DNA of 64,000 bases from Clostridia bacterium. Its GTDB lineage: Bacteria > Bacillota > Clostridia > Christensenellales > UBA1242. The translations under genes and the position numbers were made by a program. The DNA lies in assembly GCA_017503005.1 (NCBI GenBank), contig JAFVTW010000007.1, positions 73,798 to 137,797 of the forward strand, written 5' to 3'. Shown here in pieces: positions 9,450 to 20,400 of this stretch. The notes under the pieces were generated by a model. The model made no database searches. It was not told the origin of the DNA and saw nothing but the letters and a program-made list of their open reading frames with translations. Within the stretch, counting starts at the first letter, position 1, and each line of letters opens with the position of its first letter.

Positions 9450-10394
9450 TTAACTTTCTCTTTTTTTATTTTCTTTAAAGAAATTTTCTAAGATTTCTAG
9501 CACTTTTTCTAGGTCTTTTTCTCTTACAACTTGATTCTTTACATCAGTACAGTTATGATATCCTTTTAGATACCACAAAATATGCTTTCTCATCTCTTTG
9601 ACAACTAATGTCTCTGGATAGTGAGTGCGAAGTATATCAATATGTTTTTTGATATCTTGCAGTTTGTCTACATCAAGATTTTTCCCTAATATTTGGCTAA
9701 AAATCTCAGGATTACCTAGTGCACCTCTACCTATCATTACAGCATCAACACCGGTATCTAACATCTTCTTATAGGACTCAATATCTACTACATCACCATT
9801 ACCTATAACCGGTATACTAACTGCTTGTTTTACCTTTCTAATTAGATCAAAATCACTATTACCAGCATAAAACTGCTCTCTAGTTCTACCATGAATTGTA
9901 ATGGCACTAGCCCCTGCTTTTTCGCACATTTGAGCAAATTCTACAGCATTTATATTGTCGTTCCAACCTGCTCTAAATTTGACTGTAATAGGTTTATCTG
10001 TCACCTTTACACAACTAGAAATAATATTATAAGCCAAATCCATATCTCTCATCAAAGCACTTCCATCGCCACTTTTGACAATTTTTGGAGCAGGACAACC
10101 CATATTGATATCGATAATATCAAATTTTGCTAAAATATCACTTTTTACTATGCTTGCCATAATTTTAGGATCAGATCCAAAGATTTGTGCTACTTTTATG
10201 TTTTCATTTGGAGCTGTAATCAGCAAATCAAATGTTTTTTTATTTTTATACTTTAGTGCCTTAGCACTAACCATTTCTCCTACAGCATAGTCTGCACCAT
10301 ATTCTACAGCTAAACTTCTAAATCCTACATCTGTAACACCTGCCATAGGTGCTAGTATTAAATTGTTTTTTAATTCAATATTACCTATTTTCAT
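9450..10394 (-). CDS. dusB: tRNA-dihydrouridine synthase (DusB-like, TIM-barrel FMN enzyme)
   Basis: N-terminal LILAPMAGVTDVGFRSL, GADYAVGEMVSAKAL, INMGCPAPK catalytic Cys motif typical of Dus family. Confidence 0.85.
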   Translation of the reverse strand: MKIGNIELKNNLILAPMAGVTDVGFRSLAVEYGADYAVGEMVSAKALKYKNKKTFDLLITAPNENIKVAQIFGSDPKIMASIVKSDILAKFDIIDINMGCPAPKIVKSGDGSALMRDMDLAYNIISSCVKVTDKPITVKFRAGWNDNINAVEFAQMCEKAGASAITIHGRTREQFYAGNSDFDLIRKVKQAVSIPVIGNGDVVDIESYKKMLDTGVDAVMIGRGALGNPEIFSQILGKNLDVDKLQDIKKHIDILRTHYPETLVVKEMRKHILWYLKGYHNCTDVKNQVVREKDLEKVLEILENFFKENKKRES

Positions 10395-10454
10395 ATCAAT
10401 ATTTTAGTACATAGATTAAAAAATGTAAAGTTAAACATTGTTAAGCATAATGAA

Positions 10455-10484
10455 ATAAAAAAGTCTCGCATTACACGAGACTTA
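10455..10484 (-). terminator. Rho-independent terminator downstream of HU gene (stem agtctcg/cgagact, loop cattaca, T-tract on minus strand)
   Basis: Perfect 7-bp inverted repeat 10462-10468/10476-10482 flanked by A-run on + strand (T-run on the transcribed strand). Confidence 0.65.
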
Positions 10485-10512
10485 AAAATGTTTATTAGAT
10501 TATAAAATGCTA

Positions 10513-10788
10513 TTATTTGTTTACAGCATCTTTAATTGCTTTGCTTGGTTTGTAAGCAACAGCTTTGCAAGAAGGAACCTTTACAACTTCTTTTGTTCTA
10601 GGATTGATACTTTCTCTTGCTGCTCTTGTCTTAACAACAAATTTACCAAAACCAGCTAGAGCAACTTCATTGCCATTTGCAAGATCTGCAATAACTGTTT
10701 CTAACATTGTATCAACAACTGCAGAAACTTCTTTTTGTGTTAAACCTGTTTCTTCAGCTACAGATTTTACTAATTCAATTTTATTCAT
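10513..10788 (-). CDS. hup: DNA-binding protein HU
   Basis: MNKIELVKSVAEETGLTQKEV...GFGKF..K.RAAR.GRNP.T HU/IHF signature. Start placed at second ATG (MNKIEL), which has better RBS spacing to AAGGAGA than the track's first ATG (10794). Confidence 0.85.
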   Translation of the reverse strand: MNKIELVKSVAEETGLTQKEVSAVVDTMLETVIADLANGNEVALAGFGKFVVKTRAARESINPRTKEVVKVPSCKAVAYKPSKAIKDAVNK

Positions 10789-10915
10789 AAACATTTTCTC
10801 CTTTATGTTTTCTATGCTTATTATACCATAATAGCACTAATATTCAAAACATTTTTAGACAATTTCTTACAAATTATTATTTCAAAAGCACCTTTATTTA
10901 GGACTTTTTTAAAGC

Positions 10916-11188
10916 TCATCCAACAACATTTTTTAGTGTTTTGCCTGGTTTAAAACTAGGCAATTTTGATGCTGGAATCATACTAATTTTTTTCGTTTGA
11001 GGATTGTATCCTCGTCTAGCCATTCTATGTTTTACCTCAAATTTGCCAAAACCCACAAGATTAATATCCTCACCTTTTCGTAGTGAATTTTGAATAATCA
11101 TAGTGATAGCATTCAAACAATTATTGCAATCCTTTTGAGTAAGTTTGGATTGTTTAGAAATTTCTTTTACAAATTCGCTTTTATTCAT
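10916..11188 (-). CDS. HU-family DNA-binding protein, second tandem paralog (contains unusual CNNC motif)
   Basis: MNKSEFVKEISKQSKLTQKD...LVGFGKFEVKHRMARRGYNPQTK; HU fold signature with Cys pair CNNC not normal for HU. Confidence 0.75.
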   Translation of the reverse strand: MNKSEFVKEISKQSKLTQKDCNNCLNAITMIIQNSLRKGEDINLVGFGKFEVKHRMARRGYNPQTKKISMIPASKLPSFKPGKTLKNVVG

Positions 11189-11231
11189 AATACTCTCCTT
11201 TTTTTGAAGAGTATTAGCAGATAAAAATAAT

Positions 11232-12830
11232 TTATACCTTCCGTTTTGAATTAAACAAATTTTTCTTTCTAAAAACAGTCATTTCTTCTCTATCAAAACT
11301 TTTAAACAACACTATCATACCAATATACACCATCATTCCAACACCAGCTGATACTATACAATAGAATATAACATTTGTATTTATAAGCATTAACCTTAAA
11401 AAATACATACTTATTCCACTTACAACAGCACTAGCTAATGGCACAACCAACATTCTATATGTTTCAAACTTAATTTTGATATATCTACGAATATAAATCA
11501 AATTGATAATACATGCTACACTCAAAAATAATAAATTACTAATAGCTACACCAAATATATTTATACTTGCATTTGATACAAAAAGGTTTAGACTAATCAT
11601 TCTAATAATTAAAGATGCAAACAAACTTACAAAAGGAACGAACGGCCTACCAAAACTCTGTAGAATAGATGTAAATGTTTGCAAAAATGCATTGTATATT
11701 ATAGAAACAGAACTTATCATAAGTAGTTTGTATGCAAAGGAAAATTCGTCTATTACTAAATCACTCAAACCTCTAGAATACAAAATCGATATAATATCTG
11801 GCGAAAATATCATAAATACCAAAAAACATGGTATAGCTATTAACCAAGTAATTTTAATAAAAAAAGAGGTTTTGAAAGACACTTCTTTTCCATTGTTTTG
11901 AGCATAAAGTCCACTTAAATTAGGTACTATAGCAGTAGCTAGAGAAGAACATAGCAATATAGGCAAATTAATAAGTGTATTTACAATTCCATTGCTAATA
12001 CCATACATATTTGTAGCCTGAATTGTAGAAAAACCCGTTCTTTTAAGGATATTTATAACCAAAAAACTATCTAAAAAAGCAGTAATCGGCAAAACAATAG
12101 AACTAAGTGTAGCAGGATATGCATATGCCAATAATTTTTTTAATGCCTGCAAAATTGTTAAATTTTCAGTTTTCGCATTTTCAATTTTGTAAACCAACCT
12201 TTTCTTATAAAACACATAATTTAGTATTATAAAAAGAAGTGCAAAAAACTCAGAAATAGTTACACCCAAAATTGCACCAAACACTGCAAAAGTTACACCT
12301 TTAGCCAAAAATAAATTAGCCAAAACTAATCCTGCTATAAGCTTAACAATCTGTTCAACAACATTATTTAATAATGTAGGCACCATATTCTCTTGCCCTT
12401 GAAAATAGCCCCGTATTACGGCAATTAGTGAAGAGAATATAATTGACGGGGCAATCGCCAAATAACCAAACCTAGCATTGATATCGCCCTGTAATACTGA
12501 TATCTCTTCACTAAGAAATATAAGTAGTATTGCAAAAACGAAACTAAGCACAAACACATAAATTATAGATGTTTTTAATATAGTAAGCTCGTTCTTTTTG
12601 TTATGATTAATTCTTTCAAAACTAACTAATCTACTAACTGCAATTCCTACACCTGAGCTAGTAAATACAAATAACAAAGTATATAGTGGAAAAACCAAAT
12701 AGTACAAACCCATACCATTTGTACCCAAAATATTTGTAAGTGGTATCTTGTACAAAGCACCTACAAATTTGGCTATTATACCACCCAAAGCAAGTAATAA
12801 TGCACCTAATAATACCGACTGTCTTCTCAT
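11232..12830 (-). CDS. yabM: MOP-superfamily polysaccharide/lipid-II flippase (YabM/SpoVB/MurJ-like), 532 aa multi-TM
   Basis: 12-14 predicted TM helices; N-terminal LLGALLLALGGIIAKFVGALYKIPLTNILG typical of SpoVB/YabM; immediately follows spoVT as in B. subtilis spoVT-yabM. Confidence 0.7.
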   Translation of the reverse strand: MRRQSVLLGALLLALGGIIAKFVGALYKIPLTNILGTNGMGLYYLVFPLYTLLFVFTSSGVGIAVSRLVSFERINHNKKNELTILKTSIIYVFVLSFVFAILLIFLSEEISVLQGDINARFGYLAIAPSIIFSSLIAVIRGYFQGQENMVPTLLNNVVEQIVKLIAGLVLANLFLAKGVTFAVFGAILGVTISEFFALLFIILNYVFYKKRLVYKIENAKTENLTILQALKKLLAYAYPATLSSIVLPITAFLDSFLVINILKRTGFSTIQATNMYGISNGIVNTLINLPILLCSSLATAIVPNLSGLYAQNNGKEVSFKTSFFIKITWLIAIPCFLVFMIFSPDIISILYSRGLSDLVIDEFSFAYKLLMISSVSIIYNAFLQTFTSILQSFGRPFVPFVSLFASLIIRMISLNLFVSNASINIFGVAISNLLFLSVACIINLIYIRRYIKIKFETYRMLVVPLASAVVSGISMYFLRLMLINTNVIFYCIVSAGVGMMVYIGMIVLFKSFDREEMTVFRKKNLFNSKRKV

Positions 12831-12831
12831 A

Positions 12832-13383
12832 CTACTCTACTTGCCTAGCCAAAAAACTAGCTATTGTTTGTAAAGTTTTGACTTCTGCCATATCAAAATT
12901 TCGTTCGTTCCCCACACATTCAAATGCTACAATGCCTCCTACTATGTCCGAATTAGCAAGTATAGGTACAATAATTTGGCACACATATTTATTTTCGTCT
13001 TGAGCGAAAATTTCAATCATTTTTGCTCCATCACTTTGATTATATAAAAAACTTTTTCGTTCCTCTAACAACTCTTCTAATTGTGAACTTATTTGTTTTT
13101 CCATTAGAAGTTTTGACTTAGAAGTAGTAGCAATCACACAATCTTTATCAAAAACAATAACATTTATGCCCATTATATCAAAAATCACCTCACAGAACAT
13201 ATTCGCATATTCACATATGTTCACTACTGGCGAATATTTACTAAGTGTAAGTTCACCATTTTTGTTTATGTATATTTGCACTGGAGTTCCTTCTTTTAGC
13301 CTCATATTCCTTCTAATTTCTTTTGGAATAACTATTCTTCCCAACTCATCTATTCTTCTAATAATACCTGTATCTTTCATTTT
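12832..13383 (-). CDS. spoVT: Stage V sporulation protein T (AbrB-type N-domain + GAF domain transcription factor)
   Basis: MKDTGIIRRIDELGRIVIPKEIRRNMRLKEGTPVQIYINKNGELTLSKYSP aligns almost residue-for-residue with B. subtilis SpoVT MKATGIVRRIDDLGRVVIPKEIRRTLRIREGDPLEIF; C-terminal ...ASFLARQVE also matches. Start placed at MKDTG with RBS GGAGGAAAA (track ORF 12832..13473 has an N-terminal extension); stop TAG 1 nt before yabM ATG. Confidence 0.88.
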   Translation of the reverse strand, partial: KMKDTGIIRRIDELGRIVIPKEIRRNMRLKEGTPVQIYINKNGELTLSKYSPVVNICEYANMFCEVIFDIMGINVIVFDKDCVIATTSKSKLLMEKQISSQLEELLEERKSFLYNQSDGAKMIEIFAQDENKYVCQIIVPILANSDIVGGIVAFECVGNERNFDMAEVKTLQTIASFLARQVE

Positions 13384-13498
13384 TCCTCCAACAAGATTTT
13401 CCAAATTCTGTATACTTTTATTATTTGAAAGTACAAAAATATTATGCAAATAGATCAAAAAAAGAAGCCGCATTGCGACTTCTTTTTTGTGTTTTTAA

Positions 13499-14377
13499 TT
13501 ATTCTTTTGTTGCTTTCTTAGCTGTTGTTTTCTTTGTTGTTGTTTTTGTTGCTGTTGTAGAAGCTGGTTTTTTAGCAGGAGCTTTTTTAACTTCTTCCTT
13601 TACCTCTTCCTTAACTTCAACTTCTTCTTTAACTTCTTCTGCAGGAGCTTCAACTTTTGCTTCTTCAGCTGGAGCAGGAGCTTTTACAGAATATTCTTCA
13701 ACAACAGTAGGACGAACGATTTCATCGTAGAATACAACATTTGCAGCATACATATACATTGTAATCAATGCTAACAATGAAATGCTAACCACAGCTAGAA
13801 CAACTGTTAAAACGATACCTAAAGCTAATGCTGTAGCATACAATTCAGCAATAAACATCATAGCGATAATTGTTGCTGTACCCACTAAAGCATAACCCAA
13901 ATAGAAAATAACTTTGTAAGCAAACATTGCTGTTTTGTTACCGATCATTTTTCTAGCACAAACATTTAATGTATCTGTTACACTTGCAATTTTTTCTTCG
14001 TTCAATACAAACAAAGCTAAAGAATAGTAACCGATCATTAGTACACCAGGAATAATGAATAGAACTAAACCAACTGCAACACCTACAGCCAAAATAATAC
14101 CTAAGATAATTGCTTGCATAAATTCTTTTTGAACAAACAACACCTTAAGAGATGGATTTTGACCACTCATAATTTGTTGCATATAGTTTAGGTAACCTAA
14201 TGTTAGGTATCCAAACATAGCAAATGAAATTGCCCAGCCAGCATAAGGAATTGCACACAATAAAATTAATGGTGCTAAATAAATAAGAGTAGCTAGAAAA
14301 ACTTTACCCCATACACCCTTAACTTTTGAAGCTGAAATTCTAATTAGGTCTAGACCATTTTTACTTTTGTTATTCAT
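13499..14377 (-). CDS. Integral membrane protein (DUF975-like topology) with ~70-aa Lys/Glu/Ala/Pro/Thr-rich low-complexity C-terminal tail
   Basis: ORF track; 5-6 predicted TM helices then APAPAEEAKVEAPAEEVKEEVEVKEEVKEEVKKAPAKKPASTTATKTTTKKTTAKKATKE; family assignment tentative. Confidence 0.5.
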   Translation of the reverse strand: MNNKSKNGLDLIRISASKVKGVWGKVFLATLIYLAPLILLCAIPYAGWAISFAMFGYLTLGYLNYMQQIMSGQNPSLKVLFVQKEFMQAIILGIILAVGVAVGLVLFIIPGVLMIGYYSLALFVLNEEKIASVTDTLNVCARKMIGNKTAMFAYKVIFYLGYALVGTATIIAMMFIAELYATALALGIVLTVVLAVVSISLLALITMYMYAANVVFYDEIVRPTVVEEYSVKAPAPAEEAKVEAPAEEVKEEVEVKEEVKEEVKKAPAKKPASTTATKTTTKKTTAKKATKE

Positions 14378-14492
14378 AAAATATGTCCCCCTTTGTATTA
14401 ATTATAGTATATAACACTTGCCTAAATTCTCAAAATAAATTCCATAAATTGAAAATATTATTATTAAATCTAGGCAAGGTTTATACTAGTTT

Positions 14493-17400
14493 TTATTGAG
14501 CAACACTCAATATAAATTCATAAACTACATCTTGAGTAATTGTACCCACAGTAATCCTTATTTTTAGTTTTGCACTAATTGAAGCAGGTGCACTAGCTGC
14601 TAATCTTAGTGTTACATTAGAATTTGTAATAAGATATCCGCTAGCACCATATTCAACTGGTTCTGTTTCGTTTGTTACTGCAAAGAATGCTTTGTCAGTT
14701 TCATTATCCAATTCTAGATATAGTGTAATCGATGTTGCTTTGCCAGGTTCTCTCATATCTGTATCAAACAATGCTTCATTTGTTTTTGCAAATACTAGAT
14801 AATCTGTACCTTTTTCAACATTTTTAGTAGCAAAATTGTAATTTATATATGTTGTAACAATCTGACTTTCTAATACCACTGAGTCCACCAAAACCCTTTC
14901 AGTGTCAGCAGCAGACTTTTTATAGTAAATCAACAATTCAATCTTATACATACCTGTAATTGTTGAACCTGTATGTGTAAGTAATCTTGTGTAATCGATA
15001 GTAATACTATTAATTGTACCATCATTGATATCAATATTGTCAGTGATATCTAGATATCCTCTAATTTGGTCAGTTGACAATGTAGATGTACCATGGAAAC
15101 CAAAATTTCCTGATGCTACACCATATTCTATAACACCTGTACCAACTTTCTTAACATTACCACCCAATACTGATGAAGGTAATGATATTATTGCACTTGA
15201 AACAGCATTATCTTTCTTAACAACTACATTACTCAAACCAGTATATGATTCTTCAAAACCGAATACACCAGAATTTCTATTGATAACCAAGTCAAACTCT
15301 TTAGTTAATACATAAGAATCACCATTGTTATCAAATTCAATTGTTATCTCATATGGCAAGATAACTGGCTCTAATAGTTGTTGACTAATCATAGTCATTT
15401 TTGCAGTTCTACCATCTATAATGTATTCTGTATCTTCTGCACCAGGAGATACCCCATCAAGTTGTACATATGCATCATAATTTGCTTCTGTAGATGTTTC
15501 TCGCAATGTTACCACTGTTGCTGATTCAGTATAATCAAATACTTTTGAATTGAACAACGATGTTGCTGAATTATCTACTAATGTATAGTAAATTGCTGTT
15601 CCAGCTGTATTACTATTTGCTTGAACACCATTTTCTTCGTAATTATAATACAAACCAACCGTTGGATCAACTTGAACTCTGCAGGTTTTTGTAAAGATTG
15701 TAGTATCTAGGTCTGAACCTAATACAATTTGATTTTCAAATACAAATTCAACAGGTTTCATAAGTAGATTTTTTTGTGGTGTAAATTTGTATACCCCACC
15801 GTCAATCCACAACCAGTTTTTGTATTCATTATACTCTGCACTAGTTAATGAACCTTGTTGCATTTGAACAGTATTTGATGTAATATTAACACCTGGTACT
15901 GAGCTTGTTAATGAATTATCAAATGTACCATCTATTAACCCTGGAGTATGTGTAAATGTTTGAGTTACTTTGATAGGATAAACCTCAATCTCAAATTTAG
16001 TCAATACATTACCAGCATTAGCATTTAGTTTAATTGTTCTAAACTTATCAAGAGATGGATTTTCAGCATTAATATAGTATGGATATATAATTAATTGTCC
16101 ATTTTCAACCTTAGCATAACTTGAAGAATCACCATCCACATCAAAGTTTAGTGAAACCTCGTTCAACATATAGAAATAATATGCATATGTTTTACCTTCA
16201 ACAGTTTTTTGAACGATTTGAACATTCTTTGTTGAGTCAAAACTTGTAGGAACAGATGATGTTTCAATTGTTCTTAACAAGTATCCAAACTTAAAGTATT
16301 TAGACAAATCATATGTCATTATACCTGTATTCAAGTCAATACCAGCAGTATCTACAGCAATAGATGTTTGAAGATAATCTCTATACTCTTGGCTATTAAT
16401 GTTGGTAAATGCCTTGTCTGTTATAACTTTACCATTATAACCGACACTTATAATTTCTGTTCCATTTCCAATATGTTGTACCACATTTGAATCAGCTGTG
16501 TCTTGTGTACCAGTATATTGATATTTAAAGTATACTTTATTGCTAATTTCAACATCACCATCACCTATTGTGGTAATAGTAATTTCTAACCAAACAGAAT
16601 TTGTTACACTTGCCCCCTTTGGAGGTATGAAGTAAATAATACCCTCTGGTTTATCAACGAAGAAATACTTCTTAACCTCTTCTGGTTCAGTTATTGAGAT
16701 CATCTCACTAGTAGAATCCCATGGAGTATCAAAATTACCCAATTTAACCACAGCACTATAATCAAATGCCGAATACAGCAATGCTTTATTTAGATTTACT
16801 TTTCCTTCTTCTGCATCAAATGTAGCATAACCCACTGAAGAATAAGTAAACAAATCAACTATTTTATATCCGTTAACTTCAACACCATTATTATTAGTTA
16901 AAACAACTGTATGATTGTTTACACTATTAATTGTAAATTCAGTATTGTTTATAGTTAAATAATCTTTAATATTATCTGGATCAGAATTGTCTACTGCATA
17001 AATCTTCTTAAACTGATCAGTAAGATCAATAACCTTTTCAACAGTATCATGCTTATTGTTTGAATCTTTATATTCCATTGATGTAATAGAAGGTACAATT
17101 TCAAATGAAATTACTCTAGCATAATTTGCTAATTTTTCATCATATTCCGAATATAGATTTGGATTTTTATTTTGATCATCATAATGGAAATAAATTTGAT
17201 TATTAAAGTCAATAAAATCAATTTTACCATCAATCTTTAAGCTATTATTCTCTGTCCATAATCCCATTCTTTTTCCTGTCAAGTCTAAATAATAGAATAC
17301 ATGAACAACTTCTGTTTTTGTAACACCTTTAAATTGAATATATGGTTTAAATCCATCGTGTCCAAATTCATATAAATCATCTTTATTGTTTTCAACCTTA

Positions 17401-20400
17401 AAGATAACATTTGCATTTGATGGTCCACCTGTAGACAATGTTTGGAATGCATTGATAGTTGCAGATTGTCCATTTTGAGTAAATACAACTGGTGAATTTT
17501 GTGCAAAATTCATTTCAATTTTTGAACCAGCTAAAACTTTAAGAGCCTTAGTTGAACCAGCAGAGCTATAAGAAACAGACTCTGTTGCTGTATCAATATT
17601 TGGAACAATATTTAAATTCAATGTTGCATTATAAGCTTCTACACCATTTGACCAAGTTACTGTGATATCAATATATATCTTAGATGTATAGTTAATAGCC
17701 TCTAATGATAAGTTAATAGCTATTCTACTTTCTGTAGTTACACCATAACCAGACACACCATCTGCTTCTGATACCTGAATTTTTGTTCCAATATTATTTA
17801 AGACATAACAATTTATAGTAAAATCAGCGATTTCATTAGATTCGTTACTACCAGGGTTTTTCTTTAATGCACTACCAAAATAGTCGGTAGGAGAAATAAC
17901 AAACCCATCGTCAACTTGTACATCATTTAATGTAACTTGTTTTGATTTGTTTTGATCATTTCCTGAAGCTGCTTTTATTTCGCATGTAGATGTTCCAATA
18001 TAAGAACTATTTAGGTTTATATTTGGAACAAGTTTAACACTAAGTTCTATAGAATATGTTAATGTGCCTGTTTGTTTTTCAATCTTAAATGTCAACATTC
18101 TAGCGACACCGATATTATTTGTCTTAAATGTATATGTCTTAGCTGCAGAATCTTGAGAAATTGTAATACCTAGATTATTTGTAAGACTAGATGGGCCCAT
18201 ATCATAAGCAACATCATCAACCTTAACAACAGTGATTGAAATATTATCAACTCTGTCATTTGCAATCTTCAACCAAGAATCGTTACCACTAGACATAATC
18301 ACTTGGCTAGTATTAGCTACCAATTCGGTAACCTTGTTGCTACCATCTTCTGCTTTATTTACAGAAACTTGAAGATTTGGATGTAATTTGATACTTAAAA
18401 TTACACAATCATCACCAGATACACTGTAATTTGTCCAAACCTTAAACATAACCGTTGTAACTTCGTCAGTGTCTTCAAATTTAACCCTTATCTCGGCTCC
18501 AGAGTAATCAATAATAATATTTGAATGTTCTGGTAATACTGCAGGATTTAGAATAACATCTTCTTCACCTTTTACAGTAGCTTTTAATGGCCCAACATAC
18601 TTAATAACATATTTAAAGCTTTCTGGAGGTGTACTTGTCAATTCTAAATATTGATAAATATCAATTTCTGTATCAGCATATTCTACAATATCGCTATGAG
18701 CTATAAATGATGGTGTAGTCATTTGTTTGTATAGTTCGAATATATAATCTACATATACACCATTAAATAATGTAACCCTAACTACAACCTCTTCAATTTG
18801 AGCAGCTGAAGTAATGGTATCAAATACCACACAATCATTTTCGATATGTGCAGAACCCGAAATCACTTCAAACTTGAATGGTTTGCCACTTTCAGTCATT
18901 TCAAATGTTTTAGCTAAAGATATTTCGCTAGTTTCCAAACTATAGCTTGTAGAATTTAGTTTTGTAATACTATAAATAAAGTCTCTAGGATCTTCGCCTT
19001 CATTTAAAACGAATGTAGCATATAGTTCTATTCTATCTCTTTCGTTTATATAGTTTTCTAACAAATTAACCGTAGTTCCAGCAACAACCTTTTCATATTC
19101 GTTTACTAGAGGATAATTTATTTTTAATTTGTATGTAGGATTGATTGTAAAGTAATAATCGAATGTTTCACCATATTTATTAATAGTAGTAGAAATAGCT
19201 AGTTTATAATGTGTAACATCATTTACAGCATTCTTAATATTTAGAACTAAACCTGTTAAATCGTTACCGCTCTTTATTTCTAGAATTGATACTTTATCAT
19301 CAGTAGTTACAGGTATAAATTCTGCAGGAGAATCTCCCACTTTAACTAATTTGTATAAGAAGAATTCTTTATACATTGTATTGAATAATTCGTTATTATC
19401 TGTACCTCGTAATGAAATGATGTTTTCTGTATATGGTTTTGAAACATCAAACAATGTTGTTCTATATTCACCTAAATTAATAACACCATCATTATCTGTA
19501 TCAATATTGATATTCGAATATGTATGACCTATTTGAGAGCCTTCTACTTCGAATCCTTCATATTCAATAGCATCAGTAATATAATCATTACCTTCAGGTT
19601 TAATAGTGTCTGAAATATAGAAATCAACACTAGCTTCAATTTTTACATAGAATGTAAATATTGGATCAGCTGTAGCAGTATAATTTCCATTTACAGAATT
19701 TGAACCTTCTTTAAATAACACTTTAATAGGAATTGTAATGTCACTAGCAATAGATTTTGTAATAATATTGCCAAATTCTATTTGATTTCTACTATTAACT
19801 GTATCAAATAAAGTATTAAATATTGACAAATCAGCGGCATCTAATGCTGAAACATCATATGATAATGTAATCAACTTAGATAAATATTGTCCGATTTGAG
19901 ATTCGTCAATAACTCCTACTGACATATTATATTTATTAGTAATCTTTATAAATCCACTTGTAATATTTTTAGTTGTTACAGCCACATGTGAATCTGTATC
20001 AAACATATTAAATATTTCACCAGATTTAATTTTAAATGTTGTAGTTTCAGCATTTAAGTTTGCTGGTACTACATTTTCGACTTCATATCCTTTTTTAACA
20101 ATAACATTTATATCTTCATCTTGAATCAAATTCTTCACATAAACTGTTTCTTCTGTTCCATCTATATTAATAGTTTGTGGAACAAAATAATACATATTTA
20201 AATAAACAACTTTATCTGTCCAAACTTCATGAGGAATAAATTTTGTTGTATAAGCTTCTTCAACAATAGTACCATCAGGTCTCAATACTTTAATTTTGTT
20301 TCCGTCTGGAACTATAGTTTCCATTCTTGCAAAAGCATTTCCACCAAGTCTGTTAGTTATTTCAAAACTGGTAATAAGTCTTTCATTATCTCTTTTTGCA

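Noticed and set aside
12740-13453. ORFs 12740..13003+ and 13166..13453+ opposite spoVT
   Set aside because: SpoVT on the minus strand matches B. subtilis SpoVT closely; the + frames are antisense noise.
13425-13730. 101-aa + strand ORF (AGASTFASSAGAGAF…) overlapping the 3' end of the DUF975-like gene
   Set aside because: It is the mirror image of the Lys/Glu/Ala repeat tail encoded on the minus strand, a low-complexity antisense artefact.
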